A program made the position numbers and the translations under genes. This document shows positions 55,801 to 64,000 of a DNA stretch of 64,000 nt, one piece after another. Source of the DNA: Eledone cirrhosa (Eukaryota); NCBI GenBank assembly GCA_964016885.1, contig OZ024741.1:205344001-205408000 (forward strand), in the 5' to 3' direction. The stretch's first letter is position 1. Each line of letters begins with the position of its first letter. Under the pieces are notes generated by a model. The model was not told where the DNA came from. It was given only the letters and a program-made list of their open reading frames with translations, and did not search any database.

Positions 55801-56657
55801 ACTACCATGATGAAAATATATCCTATGATGGAATGTGTAACAAGGAATGAGTAACCAAGGAATATAACACCTGGATAAGAAAAATGTGGTATTTGGAACT
55901 CTCCATGCACAATAACAATATGTTTGCTATATCTGTACTAACACCAACATTTGGACTACTTGACTGGACGTTAGATGAGATCTGTGTTCTTATTTACCTG
56001 GAGTGACTCTCTGGTTTCCGATCTATGCACTTTATCGAGTAACGTTACTCCAAAGACCCTTCGGAGGAACCCCATTTCAGCTGCTTTTATTTACAATCGT
56101 ATTCTTTTGGTCATTACCCAAGATTCATGACCATAGGTAAGGGTTGAGATCTGTGTTATTGATGTTAATACTAGACAAGTTCTAACCGACACTGAAAATT
56201 TCCCCATTAACAAGTTACATAGATGCCCTCTACCTAAAATGTAAATAGGGAGGCAGAGACTTAACACAAATCCAAACAGCATTTGAATGTCACATTATAT
56301 CCCTTTGACAACATCTACAAGTATCTATAGAACAAATCTGTCTACATGAAGCAAATAAGAACACGACTGGTCAGTTTGATTTCGTCAACGTTCTTAGCCT
56401 CTCCGAGTGCGTCGTCGCACTTGCCCACCACTAATTCTCTATAGAACTCAAGAAAGGAAGTTCCACTGACCTCATTGCTTGCCTAGTAGAGGGCAGTGAG
56501 TGCTTGGCAATATTCCAGATGCTAGTCACCCATGAATGATGACTCAAAACTCACACACAGGGAAATTGCACAGCAACACCGTACTAAATCCATGGATGAA
56601 AAGCTGCATGCTTATCATGCATGGCTATGGTGTGTGCGTGCGTGCGTGCGTGCGCGC

Positions 56658-56711
<54 letters not shown>

Positions 56712-57708
56712 GTGCGTGCGTGTGCGTGCGCACTTCTTTTTATTAACCTGCCACCTACCTAAAAATAGCACCGCATTCTCTGTAGTAAGTACCGCTGAAA
56801 ACATTTAAAAAACAATATTATAGAAATATGAACAAATAACAATAGAATTGAATCAAAGTCTATAAAATTGAAATAGACAGATAACTTAGATTTAAAAAAA
56901 TGGATTTTATTGTTTTTCACAAAATATTTATGATAATTTTTTTAAATTTCTCATCCAGCAGGAAATCGTTTCATATTTGATGTGTGTAATTTATATGAAA
57001 CATTTTTATATGGAATTTTAGCAGCAGTTTCTGGCATGATTTGACCACAATATCAATGATCTTACTATTACTATCTGATTTATCAGGTTTTAGTGGTAAG
57101 CCATGGTGGTAACTTTGAGTTCAACAACTAAATATATAAATAAATCAATAAGTTTATGAAGACGTTTTTACAAGTTTGAAAATTTGAAACTTATTTGCTT
57201 TTTTTTTTTTGCCTCCAACTTATTTGACTATTTTATAGTTAATATAAGAATTGTGGCTGCTTCTCACAATAAAAGCAAACATATCTGACAAGTTTGAAAA
57301 TTTAAATATGTTTTTGCCTGTTGAGTTCTCAATACATCTTTTGTTCAGCTTTTTATTATCAATTTTTGATTAATGATTCTTTGCACGTAGCAAATAGTTT
57401 TATAGATTCATAAATCTTTACTGAATTGTTTTCAAGATTTCTGAAGACAAAGTAGTATATATTAGTGGGTGGGTTTGATGAAATGATTTCAATGCAAGTT
57501 GAATTGATGGTAAAACGTTTATATATATATATAACAAAGAAGGTGTGGTAAGATACCAGGTGGACCATAACACACCAGAGTACTTGATACTTAGGGTAGT
57601 AGAGTGGGTCCTGACTCTTTTCATATATATATATATGGTGCCTCAGCATGGCCTCACCATTCGTGTTTGTTTACCTGTCTCTCTTTCTCCACCCAACTCT
57701 TTTTATCC

Positions 57709-57812
57709 CAATAACTTAATTTAGTTATTGTATCACCCTAGCTTGAGGAATATGGTCTGTAATGCGAAGAAATACCTATGATGGCTAGTAGACCACTGAT
57801 GACGGATATTCC
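57709..57812 (+). ncRNA. Structured RNA motif (kink-turn plus pseudoknot) ending in CTGATGA, copy 2
   Basis: Homologous to 35333-35424 (minus strand) with covariation. Confidence 0.55.
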
Positions 57813-57880
57813 TGGCTTCTATTTCTAATTCTTCATTTATTATATATATCATATTTGCAACAACACAGCTCGCTATTTTT

Positions 57881-57926
<46 letters not shown>

Positions 57927-58799
57927 GAGAGTGTGTGTGTGAGAGAGAGACAGTCAGAGAATATGTGGTGCTGAGATCGAGGAGACTACTAATCCTGGGA
58001 GTACTAAATACATGGGGAGATGCAGAGTTGGGATTTTACATATCTATCTATATCTATATCTTAACTATAATAAAGAAAGGAGTGTGTCCAGAATATATTA
58101 TTTTATCCCGTTTGTAAAATAAGTTGGATTACTTTGAATAAATAATTGTTTCTACTTTAGGCACAAGGCCAGCAATTACCCAGTGCATTACTGGTACTTT
58201 ATTTTATCGACCCCGTAAGGATGAAAGGCAATTGAATAAATAATGAATGAATATTACATAATTTATGTTCTAAATTTCGTAACTCTTGATTAAATATAAA
58301 TAATTTTATTGCTTATTTAAAGATTCACTTCTTTAAAATTTTCAAATGTCAACACTTCCGGTTAGCGCACGTTATATTATAACACTTATAAAAATATCGC
58401 ATATATTTCCGTCCTAATTTTCAAATAATGCAGTTTATATATAATATCTTCTTTTTTAAATGTATCATGGATTACTTTACCGATTACAGTAGAGAGTGTA
58501 ACACAGATTCTCTTCAATTTCTGTGTATATTGTCAATTACGATTTTATTTGACATATCATATCTACATGCATATATATTTGCGTATAATATCAATATGCA
58601 CACTACACACCGAAGGGTGGTTTTTCTGCTAGTATATAGCACAAACAAAAATCAAAACAAAATCCCCATTAAAATATTTTCTATGATGCCATTTTTTAAA
58701 TAGTTTTCTTAAATGTCTTTATTTTGTCCATTTCGAGTAAAAGGACTTGGTTCTGTATATATAAATAAATGCATAAAAGCATTCAAAATAATGTTTTCT

Positions 58800-59915
58800 T
58801 CAAACTGATTTTTGAACACCGATTTCTGTACATTTTTGATAAGGTGGCAATGTGTTAGGGTCACTTTCAGGGAAAAGACTATCATAAGATGGTGGTCTTG
58901 TGGAGTTCATATATTCAATCACTGACAATGTGCTGGTGCTTTCTTCACTTTCTTCTAATTCTTCATTAAAATCGCTATTTACCATCTTTTCAACAATAAG
59001 AGAAAATAACATCCCCAGAGAAAATGGCAGAATAAGAAAGAATATGACAAACATATAATTTCTAGAATTGTATGTTATTTTTAACTTGACAAAATTCCAT
59101 TGTTTGGAAAGATATTGCAACAAAATATATTCGGTTGATCGCATTGCCACTGGAATTTGTGAACAACCATTAGGCTTTTTAACTAAAACATTACGCCCAG
59201 AAATTTTATATGATGTTCTTTTCAGAGAAATATTTGCTGTAATAAATGAAGTGTTTATTTCATTTCTGAAGACAATGTAGTATGTATAAGCATGTGGTTC
59301 TGATGAATTAATTTTAATGCAAGTTGAACTGATGAGAAATTGTTTTATACAATGAGTACATCTTTTATCGGATTTCCATTTCTCAAAGTTTTCTTTGCTG
59401 GTTATTATACCGAGCTGTGATGGTCCTTTGCTACACAATCTCATTGATAAGGATGAATTTGGTAATAAATGAATTGGCCATATTTTCTCATGGTCTTTGG
59501 TTAGATTGAAACTGCTTGTAAAGTTGTATTCAACTTTGGTTTTGTTAAGTTTGGGTTTTTTGGTTGAAACATAAGCCTTAATTTTGTTTCCATTGTAGCA
59601 AATTGATATACTGGCACAGAAAAAAGGTACAATTGGGTCTACAATAGCCATATCAGATGGCGAGAGAATTATAGATCTTTTCTGGAAAACATGGCATCGT
59701 AAATAAAGTCCACCAAACAGCGAGAGTAAAATTATCCAAATCCAAATAACATGTTTTCGTTCAGTTGAAGACATTTTCCCAAGGAAAAACAAACGGCGAA
59801 GAGGGTTTATGAAAAGAATGTAAAAACAAGTAATCTGCCATCTGGATTGTGAAATTCTTTCCAAAGTGTTGGTTCTATCATTGGGGGGTGACTCATTCTC
59901 ACTGATAGTGTTTTC
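58800..59915 (-). CDS. Two-TM membrane protein with an APD1-4-like (DUF4792/DUF4793) ectodomain and C-terminal PY motifs; terminal coding exon
   Basis: An open frame of more than 1 kb in AT-rich DNA. TM1 IWIWIILLSLFGG, then SPSD..FFC, W.IHLLPNS, FEKW, YYIVF and LKRTSY, TM2 YMFVIFFLILPFSLGMLFSLIV, and PPSY plus LPPY. An acceptor AACAG|GAA lies at 59915, with an alternative in-frame ATG at 59774. AATAAA at 58718-58723. The start is uncertain. Confidence 0.75.
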   Translation of the reverse strand, partial: ENTISENESPPNDRTNTLERISQSRWQITCFYILFINPLRRLFFLGKMSSTERKHVIWIWIILLSLFGGLYLRCHVFQKRSIILSPSDMAIVDPIVPFFCASISICYNGNKIKAYVSTKKPKLNKTKVEYNFTSSFNLTKDHEKIWPIHLLPNSSLSMRLCSKGPSQLGIITSKENFEKWKSDKRCTHCIKQFLISSTCIKINSSEPHAYTYYIVFRNEINTSFITANISLKRTSYKISGRNVLVKKPNGCSQIPVAMRSTEYILLQYLSKQWNFVKLKITYNSRNYMFVIFFLILPFSLGMLFSLIVEKMVNSDFNEELEESEESTSTLSVIEYMNSTRPPSYDSLFPESDPNTLPPYQKCTEIGVQKSV

Positions 59916-60339
59916 CTGTTATAAATAGAAATTAAAGATCATAATATTATTAGGAATATTAGTATAATTAAATAAAGAGATTTTCAGCTGAATCTGGAAA
60001 GGGAAACAGTCTAGGGACATGGTTCCCCTGCAGATTTATTTATCACAACACAAGACATCCATATTACTGTATGTACGTATGTTCGTATGTTTGTAGGTAT
60101 GTATGTACTTATGTATTTAGTTCGTAAAAGTCAAAATCGATAAAGTACTTTACCCGTTGCATCTGTGACAGAAATTTTTTCAGGGTGCCTGAGCAGTTTC
60201 CTTATCCAAGCAATGGAATGAAATATGGAGATAAATTCGGCGAAATAAAACCAAAAAGACAGACATAAACTCCCGATGATATAACAGCATGTAGCTCAAA
60301 CACTCATACATACATACACATGCTTTCCATGATTGTGAC

Positions 60340-61655
60340 AGAGGCATTCTCTTATGGTTCAGAACTACTGGAAAGGTTTTCAACTTAAGGTTTAATGCCA
60401 AGACAAAAACTGATGACGCTGACTTCCTAACACACACAGAAGCTACATGCAACACATTATGGACCGTTTCTCATCCTCATGTACAGTATTTGGGCTTACA
60501 ATCAGCCTTAAAAAGACCAAAGCAATGTTTACCCCTGCTCCTGGAGAACAATATACTGAACCCAATATCATGGTTGATGGAACCAGGTTGGGAGTAGTAG
60601 ATAAATTTGTTTACTTGGGTAGCACACTGTCAAATGATGGCTCCTTGGATGCTGAAATACATCTGCACACCCAGAAGGCCTCTGTTTCCTTTGGAAAATT
60701 GGAAAAGAGAGTTTGGGCAAATCGCAACATTACCAACAATACCAAAGTGTGTGTGAATACACACATGTGTTCTGTCTGCTCTTTTTTACTCCGCCGAAAC
60801 CTGGACATTATTCCACAAACACACCAAATTGCTTGAGCGTTTTCAGCAGAAATGTTTAAGCCGCATATTCAACATCAAGTGGCAAGACAGAACTCTTAAC
60901 ATCCATGTCCTTATCAAAGCAGAATGTCCACGCATTGAGTCTCAAGTAACATCTTCTCAAATGCGCTGGACAGGACATATCGTCTGCATGAAAGAAAGCA
61001 GGATCCCGAAGCAACTATTTTACGGTGAGCTCCATTTTGGAAAAAAGCCTCAACACAAACTGAAAATGAGGTACAAGGAAAGCATCACAAACAACCTCAA
61101 GGAGCTGGCATTTGACATGGAGGAGATAGCTCTAAATAGGGCTGAGTGGACAGTGTGCATAAGGGGCAGTTGCAAAGCTTTTGAAGAATGTCGTTTAGAA
61201 CATAAACAACTGAAGTGTCAGCTCTGGAAGGGCTGTGCTCACAGTCTTGATGAAGTCATCAGTAGTTGGACATGGAAATTCTGTCAGCGTGTACCCCTCA
61301 CAAAGGCTGGTTATGTTAATCACCTGAAGTCACATGAAAGGATAACCACCTGCAACACCACTCAACAAAGACCTGGCGACACAACGTGCATGATATGAAA
61401 CAAAGTGTGCAGAACTAGTTCCGGACTAAAAAAAACACATGGTAGTACATAAAGATTGTGTCTCACAGGGTGACCCCACCAGTCCTGGGGAAAGCACAAC
61501 TCTCTTCTGTCACCTGTGTCATAAACCATGCAGATCTACAGCTGGTCTACAAAGTCATCTACGAAGTCATGGGCGCAGATGGCATGATAATGAAGAATCA
61601 ATAAGAGATGGCAATCGTCTGTGAAGACGCTGCAATCCTCATGTATGTATGTATA
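60340..61655 (+). mobile_element. 5'-truncated RTE LINE with C-terminal C2H2 fingers and an (ATGT)n tail
   Basis: FGLTISLKKTK, FVYLGSTLS, QMRWTGHI..M..SRIPKQLFYGEL and CHLCHKPCRSTAGLQSHLRSH. Confidence 0.9.
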
Positions 61656-61869
61656 AAGCCGTAAATCCTGCTAGAGTCGTATGGGCACTGTAGTGAGATA
61701 GAGCATTTCTTGGGCATTTTAAACCTGGCAGAGCCTAACCCTCTCCAGGGTGCACTCAGCTGATTTCTTCCAGAGAAGGGGAGAAAGTGATAGAGAGGAA
61801 GTGAGAAAGATATATAGAGAAAGAATCGCCCCCAGTACTGGACTGGTACTTTTTTTTTTAATATAAATT

Positions 61870-62170
61870 CAGTAATGGAGGAAATTCTACAGAAGTAGCA
61901 TTGCTTCATACCATTCGTCTGGAACTTTGCTTTGCCTGAGACATTCATTAGAAAAGCTGGTGAGTTTCTCATAGACTAGTTTTCCTGCTGCCTCAATGAG
62001 ATCTATGGTGATATTGTCGGGTCCGGGCACTTTTCCTTTCTTTGATTGTTCGACTGCAAGCTTAATTTCCCGGTCTTTGATTTTTGAAAAGCCTTCAAAC
62101 TGTTGGTGAACTTCAGCCTCCCGGTCTCCAAGCTCTGCTTCCACCCGGAGAAAGACTATCCTTATTTAAA
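61870..62170 (-). mobile_element. RTE LINE RT N-terminal fragment
   Basis: EIKLAV..KKGKVPGPDNIT...KVPDEWYEA. Confidence 0.75.
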
Positions 62171-62373
62171 AAAGATTCAAGCACAGTCATCGCTTGATAT
62201 GAGACATTTTTTGTGATGCATGGAATGCTGGCCATAGGCAAGTCCCTAGCAGTCACATCCATGATGCTCATGCTTAAGTATCAAGTGATGGCATTACTCG
62301 AAATCGAGTTGTAGCCATCATGTTTGTATGTATGTATGTATGTATGTATGTATGTATGTATGTATGTATGTAT

Positions 62374-62982
62374 GTCAGGTCACCAGTTGGTGCTACTGGT
62401 AACATGTATCCCAGTACAACCTGTCTCATGGTCGGGTCGTTGGCGACTAAACTGGCAACCCCACCAAGGTTTCTTGGTGAGGAGGGTGACTTTAGACATC
62501 CTGCAGGACTAAAAACAAAACCTGTCAAAGGGCAAAGGAGCTCTTAAGAGTCAATGGCCATCCAAAATCACCGGGAGAGATGACCCCTTAGCCTTTGTCA
62601 AGGCAGAATTCTAGGAGAAGGAAAACTCTGATATAACACCTGCAACCCTGATGGTATCCAATGATGTTGACTTGTTCTTCTTTTTGGTAAATATCATCTT
62701 GGTTAAGAGAGTGGGACTGGCTTTGTGCAGTGCTTTTGCTCACTATAAAAGCTTCAGGACACAGGCATTGCTTTATATCTGGAGATCTCTCAGCACTTGT
62801 CGTCACATGGTGCCATGGGCCCGGCACTGTGTGTCAGTAATTGTCACAAGTGTAGTGTTTGTACTGGAGTTTTCGGGTCGCTGGCTGGACTAAAAAGTCA
62901 CACTCGTTCAGCGCATCGGCAGGGGTTCTCCTACATGGATATAAAGTAGTGGCCGTACTCGAAAACGAGTTGGCAGCCACCA
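62374..62982 (+). mobile_element. Second full copy of the bipartite RTE-derived retroposon
   Basis: Colinear with 1041-1650 and flanked by (TATG)n on both sides. Confidence 0.85.
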
Positions 62983-63023
62983 TGTATGTATGTATGTATG
63001 TATGTATGTATGTATGTATGTAT

Positions 63024-63580
63024 GTCGGGTCACTCTTGAGTGCTACTAGTAACATGTAACCCAGTACAACCTGTCGCATGGTCGGGTCGTCGGCGACTAA
63101 ACCGGCAACCCCACCAAGTTTACTTGATTAGGAGGGTGATTTTGGACATCCTGCAGGACAAAAAACAAAACCTGACAAAGGGCGGAAGAACTCATAAGAG
63201 TCAACGGCCATCCAAAAGTGTGTAAATATGTATATACACATGTACATATGTATGTATATGTATATGTGTATATACATGAATATATACATGTACATGTGTA
63301 TGTATATACGCGGAGACATAGAAAGAGTCGGGCTGGACACCTGATCGCGCGGTTAAACCACTGGGAGTGAAGGACCCCTAGCCTTTCTCAGGGCATTCTT
63401 CTAGGAGAAAGCAACTCATGAAACTGGGATAACTCCGATATAAAACCTGCAGCTCAGTAGTTAACGATGATGTTGATCTTTTCTTCTTTTCGGGTTATAG
63501 CTACTGTCGCTCAGAGAGTGGGATTGGCTCAGTGCACAGTCTTTCCTCACTTTAAAAAATATCTTCACGCACAGGCATTG
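63024..63580 (+). mobile_element. Related RTE 5' region subfamily, interrupted by a microsatellite
   Basis: Colinear diverged match to about 1041-1440. Confidence 0.75.
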
Positions 63581-63665
63581 CACGATAAAATTAATTGATA
63601 ATTATTAATAATGTTATATCGTGCAATGGCCATACTCGATAACGATAACGATAACACACACACAC

Positions 63666-63706
<41 letters not shown>

Positions 63707-64000
63707 ACGAGTGTAGTGCCTATAGTCTTTGAAGTCCTTCCCAACCTGGTGAGATCGATGTCATTGGTATATCCCCCCCCCCCCCCCCCCCCAATTCCCA
63801 TCAAACTTCTGTAGATGGATTCCTAAAAGAAAACACGATAAATTCGTTATTTAGTCCCAGGTCAGCCTTGATCAAGTAGATTTTTGATCAAAGAATTCCA
63901 GCCATGACAAAGATAATTCAACATAGTTGTTCTCAAATAACATTACATCAATATTAAATTGGAAATAGGGCAGCGGATTGGCAGTATCGGTAGAGAATCG

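Noticed and set aside
57776-57805. SECIS element reading of ATGA...GA
   Set aside because: The ATGA strand pairs with upstream sequence, so the polarity is wrong, and there is no adequate upper stem. A kink-turn fits better.

Overview
This is AT-rich, repeat-dense animal genomic DNA. The (TA)n/(TATG)n microsatellites and the SINE/LINE/Penelope repertoire suggest a cephalopod such as Octopus, which is an inference. Host coding sequence is sparse: the last two coding exons of a WAVE/SCAR (WASF) gene (+, 17813-18968 and 21453-21640), a large coding exon of a two-TM protein with an APD1-4-like ectodomain and PY-motif tail (-, 58800-59915), and an orphan RMND5/GID2 first-coding-exon fragment inside a fold-back (36532-36667). 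The rest is mobile DNA: a near-full-length degraded Tx1/L1 LINE interrupted by a gypsy-derived fold-back, CR1/RTE/CRE fragments, Penelope-like GIY-YIG fragments, tRNA SINEs, piggyBac- and mariner-type MITEs and a Helitron-like element. The best leads are non-coding. They are hammerhead ribozymes in Penelope-type repeats, a twice-occurring covarying kink-turn/pseudoknot motif fused to a hammerhead core heptamer, a covarying structured 5' motif of an RTE-derived non-autonomous element, and many locally templated inverted duplications. All calls were made by eye with no database searches. Most ORFs in the supplied track are microsatellite or antisense artefacts.
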